Program-made: the position numbers and the translations under genes
NCBI GenBank assembly: GCA_043767805.1
Contig: JAYUGC010000087.1
Span: 1 to 64,000, forward strand
Length of the DNA stretch: 64,000 nucleotides
Direction: 5' to 3'
Source of the DNA: Pseudomonadota bacterium
Lineage (GTDB): Bacteria > Bdellovibrionota > FAC87 > UBA2466
Shown here: piece after piece, positions 18,430-27,876 of the stretch
Layout: each line of letters opens with the position of its first letter
Position numbering within the stretch: the first letter of the stretch is position 1
Notes under the pieces: generated by a model
The model's input: the letters and a program-made list of their open reading frames with translations, nothing else
What the model was told of the DNA's origin: nothing
Databases searched by the model: none

Positions 18430-19986
18430 GTGCGTATCCTTCTTTCCACTTTAAACGCGACTTACCAGCATTGCGCCTTTGGGCTAAGGTATCTGTACGC
18501 GAACTTGGGCGAGCTCCAAAGCGAGGCGCGTCTTTTGGAGTTTACCATCGGCCAGAATCCGCGCGACATCGCGGAGAAAATTCTTAGCGAGCGCCCGGCC
18601 ATCGTCGGGTTTGGGGTCTACATCTGGAACACCAGGCAGACGGAAGAGGTCGTGTCGCTCATTAAGCGCGTCGCCCCCGAGACTTTGGTCGTGCTCGGCG
18701 GTCCCGAAGTCAGTTACGAGACCGAAGGGCAAACGCTGTGCACGAAGGCCGACTACGTTTTGAAAGGCGAGGGCGAGGAGCTTTTTGCGACTTTTTGCCG
18801 CGATTACTTGAGCAAGGGAAAGCTGCCGGCGATGAAGGTGCTCTCGGGTCCTTTGCCCGATCTAAAGCGCCTGCCTTCTCCTTACGCGCACTACACGGAC
18901 GAGGACATCAAGAACCGCGTGCTCTATGTCGAGGCGTCCCGGGGTTGCCCCTATAAATGCGAGTTTTGTCTCTCCGCTCTGGATACTTCGGTGCGAAACT
19001 TCGACGTGGAGCGCTTTCTCTCGGATCTCGAGGGCCTGCTCGCGCGCGGCGCGCGGCAGTTCAAGTTCGTCGATCGCACCTTCAATTTGAGCCCCTACTT
19101 GAGTGGGCGCATTCTGGATTTCTTTCTCGAAAGAATTTCGCTTGGGCTCTTCCTGCATTTCGAAATGGTGCCCGATCGCTTGCCCGAAGAACTGAGAAGC
19201 CGTATCCGCCGGTTTCCTCCGGGCTCGCTGCAGTTCGAGATCGGTATTCAGACCTGGAATCCGGAAGTCGCTCAGCGGGTGAGCCGCCGCCAGGATTACG
19301 CGAAGGTGCGCGAAAACCTCGCCTTTCTTCAGACCGAGACCGGCGTTCATCTCCACGTCGATCTGATCGCGGGCCTCCCTGGCGAGGGTTTGGCGAGCTT
19401 TGGTTCCGGCTTCGATGCCGTCGCGGCGATGAGCTCTCAGGAGATTCAAGTCGGCATCTTGAAGCGTCTGAAGGGAATGCCGCTCAGCCGGCACGACGCC
19501 GAATGGAAGATGGTTTACCAGGAAGCGCCGCCTTTCACCGTGGTCTCGACTGGCGCTCTGCCTTTCGACGAGCTGCAAGGCATGCAGCGGTTCGCGAAAT
19601 TCTGGGATCTGTTTAGTAACAGCGGCAACTTCAGAGCTTCCATGGCGCTCGTGCGGGAAGCCGCGGAGCGAGACGGCTCGCTCTTTAGCCGGTTTTGGGA
19701 CTTCTCGCGCTTTCTCGCCGTTCGCCATCCGCAAGGGTACGGCATTGCCTTGATGAACCAAGCCGAGTCCATGTGGCGCTATCTCACCGAGGAGATGAAA
19801 GTCGAAGCCGGGACGGCACGCGAAGCCATTGTGAAAGATTTCTGCGAAGGCGCCGTCAAACGCGACATTCCGCCCTTCCTGAAACGAGATAGGCTAGAGC
19901 GCGGTCCGCGCGCGGGACGGCTTTCCGCCCGGCAAAGCCGGTACCTTACTTCGACAGCCGTTCCCGACTCCGTTTCATCTCAGTAA
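18430..19986 (+). CDS. B12-binding radical SAM protein
   Basis: RILLSTLNA N-terminus, YIWN, VLGGPEVS, EASRGCPYKCEFC, FKFVDRTFN, HVDLIAGLP. Confidence 0.88.
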   Translation: MRILLSTLNATYQHCAFGLRYLYANLGELQSEARLLEFTIGQNPRDIAEKILSERPAIVGFGVYIWNTRQTEEVVSLIKRVAPETLVVLGGPEVSYETEGQTLCTKADYVLKGEGEELFATFCRDYLSKGKLPAMKVLSGPLPDLKRLPSPYAHYTDEDIKNRVLYVEASRGCPYKCEFCLSALDTSVRNFDVERFLSDLEGLLARGARQFKFVDRTFNLSPYLSGRILDFFLERISLGLFLHFEMVPDRLPEELRSRIRRFPPGSLQFEIGIQTWNPEVAQRVSRRQDYAKVRENLAFLQTETGVHLHVDLIAGLPGEGLASFGSGFDAVAAMSSQEIQVGILKRLKGMPLSRHDAEWKMVYQEAPPFTVVSTGALPFDELQGMQRFAKFWDLFSNSGNFRASMALVREAAERDGSLFSRFWDFSRFLAVRHPQGYGIALMNQAESMWRYLTEEMKVEAGTAREAIVKDFCEGAVKRDIPPFLKRDRLERGPRAGRLSARQSRYLTSTAVPDSVSSQ

Positions 19987-21238
19987 TCTTCTTCGCGCGG
20001 CTGCCATCGGCATCGCCCTTGTGCTGGATGTCGGCCTCGAGATCGGCGATGGCTTTGTCGTAATGCTCATTGACGAGATCAAAGCCGTTGGGATCTTCCG
20101 CGTAATGATCCACGGCTCTCTTTAGGCGCTCCGGCTCGATCTTTTCTGGCAGATGCTTCCACTCTTCCCACTGTTCCCGAAGCTTTCCCTTTTTCCAGTC
20201 GTCATAGAAGCCGTAGAGGGTCTTCATGAAATTGACGCTGACCAGGGCCACTAGAGTGTCTCGCCATCGGGTGACCGTCCAATCGAGAGCGGCGCGAGTG
20301 CGGTATTTTTCCCCGGCTTGTCCGAGCTTCGGAAAGTCACTTGGTTTGGGCTGATTGCGTAAGTCTTCGAGAAATTTTTCGTAATTTTCTTTCGTCGGCT
20401 TGAAGGGCCGGAAGACGGAGTAGCGGGGCACGAGGGCGTTCGACACGGCTTCGACGGCGGTCTGTAACTTTTGTTTTTTCCAAACATCGTCTTTTTCGGC
20501 AAGCGGTGGCGCCACGTCGGGAAAAGCATCCATGACGAGTTTCAAATTTTGATAAATGTGCCGTTCGGCCAGCTCGAGCTCTTGAGCAATGCGCTGAGGG
20601 TAAGACCAGGGGCCGTTTCCGAAAGGCAAAGACAGGAGCGGCGCTCTGCCCGCGACGCTCAGGCGATGCGTGGCGAGCGCGGTGGCGTACCCATACACTA
20701 GCTGCATCAGCTCGTCGGGAGTCCGCGGCGCTGCTTCGGGATAGGTGAGGGTCAGGTACTTTTGTTTAGCGAGGAACGGGGGCCAGGGGCGAACTTTTGG
20801 AAATACCGCGAGCGAGGGTTTCACTTTCGGATCCCGCGGTTTGCCGCCGCCATCCTCCACCTGATTTGCGTTGGCCCAGCCGTAAGGAAAGGCGTAATTG
20901 CGCGGCGTCGCCTCGATGCCGTGCGCGCCGAGCCAGCGCCACTGGGCGAGAAAATTCGACGAAGGATCCGGGTTCCACGCGTCGAGCAAACCGAAGAGCG
21001 CTTCGGGAGAATCGAGGGTTCCGTTTTCAAGCGCTTGCTTCAAAGCGGCGGCGACCGACTTGGCGTCACCGGACTCGGCCCGCGCGTTGCGATAGGGCGT
21101 GTGCTTGAAGGCGCGGGTTTCCGCGGTTTGGTGAACGGGTAAGAGGCGAGCCCAGTTCGTATCACAAGCAGAATACGCGCTGGGGGAAGTTAGGGCGAGC
21201 GTCGCTAGAATGACCAGCTGGCTGCCAATGTACTTCAT
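19946..21238 (-). CDS. Secreted hypothetical protein
   Basis: Signal peptide followed by ACDTNWARL; long ORF. Confidence 0.65.
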   Translation of the reverse strand: MKYIGSQLVILATLALTSPSAYSACDTNWARLLPVHQTAETRAFKHTPYRNARAESGDAKSVAAALKQALENGTLDSPEALFGLLDAWNPDPSSNFLAQWRWLGAHGIEATPRNYAFPYGWANANQVEDGGGKPRDPKVKPSLAVFPKVRPWPPFLAKQKYLTLTYPEAAPRTPDELMQLVYGYATALATHRLSVAGRAPLLSLPFGNGPWSYPQRIAQELELAERHIYQNLKLVMDAFPDVAPPLAEKDDVWKKQKLQTAVEAVSNALVPRYSVFRPFKPTKENYEKFLEDLRNQPKPSDFPKLGQAGEKYRTRAALDWTVTRWRDTLVALVSVNFMKTLYGFYDDWKKGKLREQWEEWKHLPEKIEPERLKRAVDHYAEDPNGFDLVNEHYDKAIADLEADIQHKGDADGSRAKKITEMKRSRERLSK

Positions 21239-21301
21239 TGCTTCTCTAACCAGACGTTGCCGGCCGGGAACCGACATTCGATTCCCAGCCGAATACGCGA
21301 A

Positions 21302-22297
21302 TTACTTTTGAGCGTCGAGATCTTGTTGAACCCGCTTCATGCGCTCGGCGATGTCTTCCGCCGTGGGGAGCAACTTCTTCATCGCTTCCCGGCGGTTAGC
21401 TTCGCTATGAGGCGAGGTCCGATTGCCTTCCGAGAAGGGGATCGGATTTCTCCACATGGCGCCGTCGGTCGAGGCCAGGAGACCGAAGTGCATCGCCTCG
21501 GCCGAAAACGTAATCGGACGGTCGGCGGTGCCGATACCCTTATACGCAAAGACCATGCCCGCCTGGGGGAACTTGACGACCTGATTAGGCTTGGCGAAAG
21601 CGCCGACCTGGATGGTCCGGGGCACTTCGAGCTGATTGCCCGAATCAAGCGAAAGCTCGAGGGCGCCGCCGAAGTACCAGCCTTGCAAATCGCCGAGAGT
21701 CATCATGGGAGTGGAATCGTTCATGGGAACAATCGCGGCGACGCCAACGAAAGTCTTGATGCCCGTCGCGCCCGCGCGCTTGGTGGCCACTTGAGACGTG
21801 CCGAGCTGCAGGTTCGGTCCGATCAAAGTGGAGATCCCGACGCAGAGGCTCGCGACGTGGCCCGTGCCCCGGTTCTTCGAGAACGCGAAGGTGATGCCGC
21901 CCGCGAGCTCGACCGCCGGAAGGCCGATACGGACTAACTGGCGCAAGAAGGTGAAGGGAATTTCCGTTCCGCCGACGATGGTGAGCGCGAAGACGACGGG
22001 GGAAATATTGACGATCCGATCGTGGAGAAGAAGCAGCTCGGCCACGCGAGCCTTGATGCGCTGGGCCTTCGCGCTTTTTTGTTCCGCGCTGTAAGTGCTG
22101 TCGGCTTGAATTTCTTTCAAGTCTTCTTTGTATGCGGCCAGCATGATGCGAAACGCGTCGGTCACCTGAAAGGCTTCGACTTTGGCGTCCGCGGTGAGGG
22201 GACGGATTTTAAATTCGGTATCAGCGGCTTTCGCCGTGGCGCTGTTAAGGGCAAGTAAGACGAGGGCGAGGGCGTTTACGAATAAGCGTCGGCTCAT
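21302..22297 (-). CDS. Secreted hypothetical protein
   Basis: GGAG RBS, signal peptide ending AKA; glycine-rich beta strands in the middle. Confidence 0.7.
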   Translation of the reverse strand: MSRRLFVNALALVLLALNSATAKAADTEFKIRPLTADAKVEAFQVTDAFRIMLAAYKEDLKEIQADSTYSAEQKSAKAQRIKARVAELLLLHDRIVNISPVVFALTIVGGTEIPFTFLRQLVRIGLPAVELAGGITFAFSKNRGTGHVASLCVGISTLIGPNLQLGTSQVATKRAGATGIKTFVGVAAIVPMNDSTPMMTLGDLQGWYFGGALELSLDSGNQLEVPRTIQVGAFAKPNQVVKFPQAGMVFAYKGIGTADRPITFSAEAMHFGLLASTDGAMWRNPIPFSEGNRTSPHSEANRREAMKKLLPTAEDIAERMKRVQQDLDAQK

Positions 22298-22511
22298 CGG
22301 TAATCTCCAGTTTCTGGTGGAAGGTTAAAGAGACAAAATCTATTTTTGAGAACGCGAGCTTATAGCTCAATGCGTCATATTGCGGCAAGGACTGGATTTA
22401 ACCTATTGATCTCAAAACCCTATTTTCCCTGTTGGCGACTTGTTTTTCGGTAAATGAAACTCAGGCCGGTTTGTCCATTCGACCGGCTATAATTTCCCCT
22501 GGGGGTCACCT

Positions 22512-23225
22512 TTGCGCTTCAACCTTGCCCGGTCGACGGTCGTGGCACTCGCCGTGTTTCATCTTGCCCTAATCCCGGCGGGGGCCGAGTGCCCCTTCCA
22601 ATGGGCGCTTGTGAACGGCGTTCATTCCCCTCAAATCCTTTCCGAGGGCTTGGCGAAGGGTCGCGGGACTTTGTCGGAAATGCTCGGTACCAAGGCGCTT
22701 AGCTCCGAAGCAAAACGCGAGATTGTCGAACGGCTGATAAACCAGCCCGAATCTGAGCGAGTGCTGCGAGAGGGAATCCAGGGCGCTTCGGATCCCGCTT
22801 TGCGTGGGGCCATCGCGGCCGCCTTAATCGGTCCGTCCAAAATGGCGGCGCAGTCGAAAACGGTTCGGCTTTTCGAAGGGAAGGGAACGACCAAAGCAAC
22901 GCTTTCTGAAGCCATGACCTTCGGCAATGGCGACGACGCTCGGTACGCCACGGCGCTTTTACTTCAGGCGCCTGTCGAGCTCAAGATTGAGTGGCTGGGC
23001 GAGCATCTTCCCACGCCCGGTTTGAATTACGACACTCGCATTCAGCTAATCGAAGCTTTCCAGGGGCTACCCGACCCCAGAATAGACGGTATCTTGAAGA
23101 GCACGCTCGGCGCGTTCGGAACCACGGAGCAACGGGATCCCGCCAAAGGAACCGATATGAAAGTCTTTCTCACGGAAGCCATCACGGACGCCGTCGCATT
23201 TAGAAAAAAAGCCTTCACTCCCTAG
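22512..23225 (+). CDS. Secreted hypothetical helical protein
   Basis: TATAAT at 22488-22493; signal peptide ending AGA, then ECPFQWALV. Confidence 0.6.
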   Translation: MRFNLARSTVVALAVFHLALIPAGAECPFQWALVNGVHSPQILSEGLAKGRGTLSEMLGTKALSSEAKREIVERLINQPESERVLREGIQGASDPALRGAIAAALIGPSKMAAQSKTVRLFEGKGTTKATLSEAMTFGNGDDARYATALLLQAPVELKIEWLGEHLPTPGLNYDTRIQLIEAFQGLPDPRIDGILKSTLGAFGTTEQRDPAKGTDMKVFLTEAITDAVAFRKKAFTP

Positions 23226-23239
23226 TTCTATTTCCTCTT

Positions 23240-24196
23240 ATGCCGACACCGTTTCGCTACTTAGCGCTTGCCGCTTTGGTGCAAGTAACCTGGGGAATTA
23301 CGCCGTGCGCGTCGAGGCTCGTGCTCGATTCTCTTCCGGTGGAAGTGTACTCGGCGCTTCGGTTCGGTTTTTCCGGAATCGTCTTCTTGGCGGTGGCCTG
23401 GGGAACGCGGCGAAAGCTTCCCACGCCGCGCGAAGCGCTGCCGCTCGCGGGCGTGGGTATTCTCGCGTTTGGCGTGGCGTCTCTCGGAACCCTCTATGGT
23501 TTAAAGATTGGGGGCGTGGTCAATCTCGCTTTGGCCAGTAGCTTCAATGCGCCGATAACGGCGCTCGTCGCTCTCGTCTTGCTCAAGGAAAAGCGCAGCC
23601 CGAAACTTCCGTGGGCGCTCCTGGCAAGCGTCGCCGGCGGAGTTTTGACCTTTCTCGGAAAACATTCCGTCTCGGGCTTTCAAGTCGCTTTTGGAAGTCT
23701 CGCGTGTCTCTGGGGAGCTTATCTTCTGGAGTCGCTGGGGCTCGTGACCTCGAAACAGGTGCGCGAGCGCTTTCCCGTCGTGTCGTTTCTAGGCGTTGCC
23801 CATGTCTCGGCGTCCGCCTTTCTTTTTGGATGCGCGCTCGTGTCCCAGCGAAGTTTCGAGTCAGTGGGACGGATGCCGGCGGCGGGATGGGCCGCGTTCT
23901 TTTTCGTCGCCATCGTGTCGTGCTGTCTTTGCTATTTTCTTCTCTACTGGCTGGTCGGACACGTGCCGGCGCACAAGCTCGCTTTCTTCGACGCGTTTCA
24001 CTCCGTGTCGGCGGCGGTGTTCGGTTACGTGTTCTACCGCGAGCCCATGACGCCGCTGATGCTCGCGGGAGGGCTCTTGCTCTTTCTGGCCGTGGGCCTT
24101 ATCCACTCAAGCCGGCTGGATGACCTTCATGTTACCGACGAGTTTCTGGATGAGGGACGGGCTGAATACGAAAAAATCCGTGCTGCCGGGATTTAA
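23240..24196 (+). CDS. DMT/EamA family transporter
   Basis: About 10 TM in two repeats; TWG, ALRF, LKEK, FYREP motifs. Confidence 0.85.
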   Translation: MPTPFRYLALAALVQVTWGITPCASRLVLDSLPVEVYSALRFGFSGIVFLAVAWGTRRKLPTPREALPLAGVGILAFGVASLGTLYGLKIGGVVNLALASSFNAPITALVALVLLKEKRSPKLPWALLASVAGGVLTFLGKHSVSGFQVAFGSLACLWGAYLLESLGLVTSKQVRERFPVVSFLGVAHVSASAFLFGCALVSQRSFESVGRMPAAGWAAFFFVAIVSCCLCYFLLYWLVGHVPAHKLAFFDAFHSVSAAVFGYVFYREPMTPLMLAGGLLLFLAVGLIHSSRLDDLHVTDEFLDEGRAEYEKIRAAGI

Positions 24197-24535
24197 CGAA
24201 AGCGCCACGGCGGAGCCGAGCATTCTCAAGAAGTGATGCGCGCGGACCTGGATGTAATCGAGGGTGCGAGCTTCTGCCCATTCCTTCGCGCGCTCGAGGG
24301 TGTCGAACGCGGGAACGATCTTCACTTCTTTTTTCGGGATGAAGAGCGGGAAGAACTTCTCGTCTAGCGCGAGCTGCGTCCACGTCCCCGTCTCGTTGCC
24401 TTGCTTCAGGACGGGAATGATCAAATCCCAGTTCAGGAAGGTGTCGTAAAAGTAGTTCGCCTGGTGCGGGTTTTCCCTCGCCACGGTCAGCGCTTTCGCC
24501 AGGTCTGAGGGCTCTTCGATCGGCTCGGATGACAT
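24107..24535 (-). CDS. SseB family protein
   Basis: FYDTFLNWDLIIP, VPAFDTLERAKEW, LSLNPG. Confidence 0.75.
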   Translation of the reverse strand: MSSEPIEEPSDLAKALTVARENPHQANYFYDTFLNWDLIIPVLKQGNETGTWTQLALDEKFFPLFIPKKEVKIVPAFDTLERAKEWAEARTLDYIQVRAHHFLRMLGSAVALSLNPGSTDFFVFSPSLIQKLVGNMKVIQPA

Positions 24536-24664
24536 CTATTGGGTTTAGGGGATGAGAGCCACTTTGTCATCCATTTGGCTGTCCGAAGACGCCCGGATGA
24601 CAGCCGATAACAGATCCCGGCGCTGTCCCCGAGACGGGCCCGGGAAGGGCGTTATCCTAAAAGT

Positions 24665-25114
24665 ATGAAACCTCAAACTTCAGTTCCGTTCTTGATGGTT
24701 CTTGTGGCGGCCATGGGTTGCGGGCAAAAAAGCTTGCCGCAACGCGAGACACCTGTGGTTCCTCCCTCCGCGTTGGAGAGTCCGCTCGCGTCGCTCCGGG
24801 GCGACTACCGTCTCCTGGACGTCGATGGGGAGACGGTGGGTAGCGGCCGGCTCTCGGTGGTCGAAGGGGAAGCCGGGGTTGGCGTCACCTACGCCGCGTC
24901 TCTCTCGGGATCGACCTACGGAAGAAAAATTCTGAGCCCCCGCGCCAAGACGGAAGTGACTCCGATCGAGGGCGGCGTGCATCAGAAGTACCAGGAGGGC
25001 GAAGATAAGCTTACCGTCGACTACGTCCTCTCGGACTCAACGCTCTCCGTGGAAGTCATCGAATGCCATCCCGGAAGCTGTCTCAGTACGGTGCTTTCGG
25101 CCGCGAAAGAGTGA
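24665..25114 (+). CDS. Hypothetical lipoprotein
   Basis: Hydrophobic leader with AMGC lipobox; beta-rich lipocalin-like body. Confidence 0.6.
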   Translation: MKPQTSVPFLMVLVAAMGCGQKSLPQRETPVVPPSALESPLASLRGDYRLLDVDGETVGSGRLSVVEGEAGVGVTYAASLSGSTYGRKILSPRAKTEVTPIEGGVHQKYQEGEDKLTVDYVLSDSTLSVEVIECHPGSCLSTVLSAAKE

Positions 25115-25260
25115 GTGCGTACCATCTTACCGGCTCTGCGTGCCCTCGACATAGTCTCGTTCCGGCATTCCGCGCGAATACGGCCTTTTTCCTCAGTGCG
25201 CTCTGATTCCCCTTTTCGGAATACGAATTGCAATCTTTCCCCCCAAGGGGTGGGTGGAAA

Positions 25261-27153
25261 ATGCATACACATGGAATACGTGGGGTCCTTTTCGGCTTGT
25301 GTATCGTGCTTGCGGCAACGGCGGCGGAGAATGCGTCGACTCCCGTTGCCGAAGTGAAACTCTCCGAAGCGTTTTTGCAGCAATTTCAATTTAGCGGAAG
25401 AAAGACCGCGCCCTTCATGAAGAAAGGGCACGAGATGCACCCGGACCTCACGCTCCTCGCGGCGCCTCGCCTGCGGGGCGGAGCCAACTCCGCGGAAGTC
25501 TCTCTCGACGTCAGCTTGTTCGGGTGGTCTACGACCGATTCCCAGAGAAAAATTCTCGGCCGCACCATCGACGTCAGAGTCCAAAGCAACATCAACGCGA
25601 ATTACACTCAACCCTTGAGCTTCAGCGGGCAGGGCTTGAAAGCGCTTCCGGTGAGTGGATACCCGACCATCACTCCTGATATCACCACGAAGAACGATTT
25701 CCGTAAGCCGCGCCGAAACGAGAAGGTGAACCGAAAGGCGTTCGGGGTCGCGAACGCCGCCGTGCAGGAGCGGCTTCCCGAAGAGCGGGAAGAGCTTCAC
25801 GACGAAATCACCCAGAGTGTTAACAAGAGCGTGGGGCAAGCGCGCCATATGGTCGATACGGGTCTCGCTCAGGCGAGCGGCCTCATGGCGAACGCGAAAG
25901 CGTTTCCCTTTGATGCCGCCTTTTCGAGTGAGGGCGGGGCCGGGGGCGCGATGCATTTAAAGCTCGTCGATAAGGCGGGAGTTAAAAAGACTCGCTCGCC
26001 TCAGCCGGTCCTCGAGCGCGAGGCCCAAGCCGCCTCTACCGTCTCCGTGCACGCCGACCTCCTGGCCGACACCATTTCTCCGGAAATCGCCGGCAAGGAG
26101 ATGTTTTTCTCGGATCTGAAAAACGTGCTCTGCGGGCCCAAGACGAAGAATCTACTCGATTTTTGCAAGACCGAGATGCCGGAAGACAGGAAAGGAATGT
26201 CGGTGGTCTTCGCCAAGGAAAAGCCCATCGAGTTCTTTTTCGAAAAGGGAAAGATCGGCATTCGTTTGAACGCGCTCTATCGCACGACCGACCCAAAGGC
26301 GCTTCCGGCCGGCCGCGATCTCCTGAATGCTCCCGAGCGCGGCGGAGTTGGTTTTCAAACCGTGCCTTACTCCATCGATTTGTCCTACCGTCTTAAAGAG
26401 GGCGGAGCGGTCCTCGATACTTTAGCGGTCAGAGACAAAGCGTCGCCTTTGGGAGGGCTTTTTAGAGCGGCGACGGGTGCAATTTTCGGCAGAGGCAATC
26501 ACGAAGGACCCGACGGAAAGAAGGAGGAGGTGCCTTCCGCCCTGGCGGAGACATTGAGTCCCGTCATCCGCGGGCAAATCGAAGCGGCGGTACGTGGGTC
26601 CATGCGCGAGACGATTGTTTTTCCGACGGTCTCTTTTCCGACCAAGCTGACCATGGATAATTTCGGCAGCAACAACGGGGCGAGCCCCACGGTTAGCGAA
26701 GCGGCAAGCCTCGTCCCTCTGGAGGCAAAGGCCGAGAGCGGCTGGCTCGTCGTGGCCAACGCTTATTGCAGCGACGGAATGCCTTCCCTCGGTGTCACCG
26801 TGGACGAGGTGGCGACGAGGGGCGGGGGACCGAAGGCGCTCCAGGTCCATACCTTTTACCCGGGGTCACCCGCGGCGCTGACCGGATTTAAGTCGGGAGA
26901 CGTCATCGAAAGTTTCGGCGAGCCCGGAGAGCGGGCGACCACCGCTCTCGAGGGAAAACGGGACGCGTTTCTTGATTTCGTGGCCGGGCGAAGCCTCGGG
27001 GCCAACCCGGGCGACCGGCTGCTGGAAATTACCGGACGAGACGCCTTGGGGAAGCCGTTCAAGCGCTCCGTGAGCGTTTGCCCAAGCCAGCTCAAGCACC
27101 GCGAGCTCGCGGCAAAAACCCTCGCCGCGGCGAAAAAGGCCGCAGCCCACTAG
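25261..27153 (+). CDS. Secreted protein with C-terminal PDZ domain
   Basis: Signal peptide; SLGVTV...VHTFYPGSPAALTGFKSGDVI PDZ signature. Confidence 0.7.
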   Translation: MHTHGIRGVLFGLCIVLAATAAENASTPVAEVKLSEAFLQQFQFSGRKTAPFMKKGHEMHPDLTLLAAPRLRGGANSAEVSLDVSLFGWSTTDSQRKILGRTIDVRVQSNINANYTQPLSFSGQGLKALPVSGYPTITPDITTKNDFRKPRRNEKVNRKAFGVANAAVQERLPEEREELHDEITQSVNKSVGQARHMVDTGLAQASGLMANAKAFPFDAAFSSEGGAGGAMHLKLVDKAGVKKTRSPQPVLEREAQAASTVSVHADLLADTISPEIAGKEMFFSDLKNVLCGPKTKNLLDFCKTEMPEDRKGMSVVFAKEKPIEFFFEKGKIGIRLNALYRTTDPKALPAGRDLLNAPERGGVGFQTVPYSIDLSYRLKEGGAVLDTLAVRDKASPLGGLFRAATGAIFGRGNHEGPDGKKEEVPSALAETLSPVIRGQIEAAVRGSMRETIVFPTVSFPTKLTMDNFGSNNGASPTVSEAASLVPLEAKAESGWLVVANAYCSDGMPSLGVTVDEVATRGGGPKALQVHTFYPGSPAALTGFKSGDVIESFGEPGERATTALEGKRDAFLDFVAGRSLGANPGDRLLEITGRDALGKPFKRSVSVCPSQLKHRELAAKTLAAAKKAAAH

Positions 27154-27198
27154 TTGGGCGTGCTCTTTGCAAGTTCTAAAATCGCAAGGAGCCACCCT

Positions 27199-27876
27199 TT
27201 GGATCTGAAAGCCATTCTTCTAGATATCGACGGAACTCTCATCGATAGCAACGACGCCCACGCGCGCGCTTTTCAGGAGGTCTTCGAGCTCCATGGGCAC
27301 TCCGTGGAGTTCAGAGTCATACGCCGCTGCGTCGGCATGGGCGGAGACAAGCTCATCGAGAAGGTTCTCGGCAAGGAGACAGCGTCCCGGGAAGGAGACA
27401 CTTTAGCTAAGGAAAAGAGCGCGCTTTTTCGCGAGAAGTACCTGCCGACTGTCGTGCCGTTTCCCAGAGCCAATGAGCTCTTGGTAAAGCTAAAGAATGC
27501 TGGCTTCCGTCTGGCGGTCGCCACCGCAGCGGACGAGGCAGAAAGGGCGGGGCTTTTGGAAATTTTAGGCGTCGAAAGCCTCATCGACGGTTTGCCCGAT
27601 CAGAAGAGCGTGGCCGAGACAAAGCCCGACCCCGATGTGGTGCGGGCGGCTTTGCATACCGTGCATGCGGCGCCGTCTCAAAGCGTCCTCATCGGGGACA
27701 CCCCTTACGATATCGAGGCCGCGGCTTCCGCCGGAGTGCCGTGTATCGCCTTCCGCTCCGGGGGGTGGGAGGATGCGGAGCTCAAAGGTTCTCTCGCGAT
27801 TTACGACGATCCCTGGGACTTACTTAAGCATCTCGAAACGTCTCCCCTACGAGACCGCTTCCAATTGGCCGGTTGA
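27199..27876 (+). CDS. HAD family hydrolase
   Basis: LLDIDGTLIDSN, KPDPD, IGDTPYD; TTG start after AGGAG. Confidence 0.9.
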   Translation: MDLKAILLDIDGTLIDSNDAHARAFQEVFELHGHSVEFRVIRRCVGMGGDKLIEKVLGKETASREGDTLAKEKSALFREKYLPTVVPFPRANELLVKLKNAGFRLAVATAADEAERAGLLEILGVESLIDGLPDQKSVAETKPDPDVVRAALHTVHAAPSQSVLIGDTPYDIEAAASAGVPCIAFRSGGWEDAELKGSLAIYDDPWDLLKHLETSPLRDRFQLAG

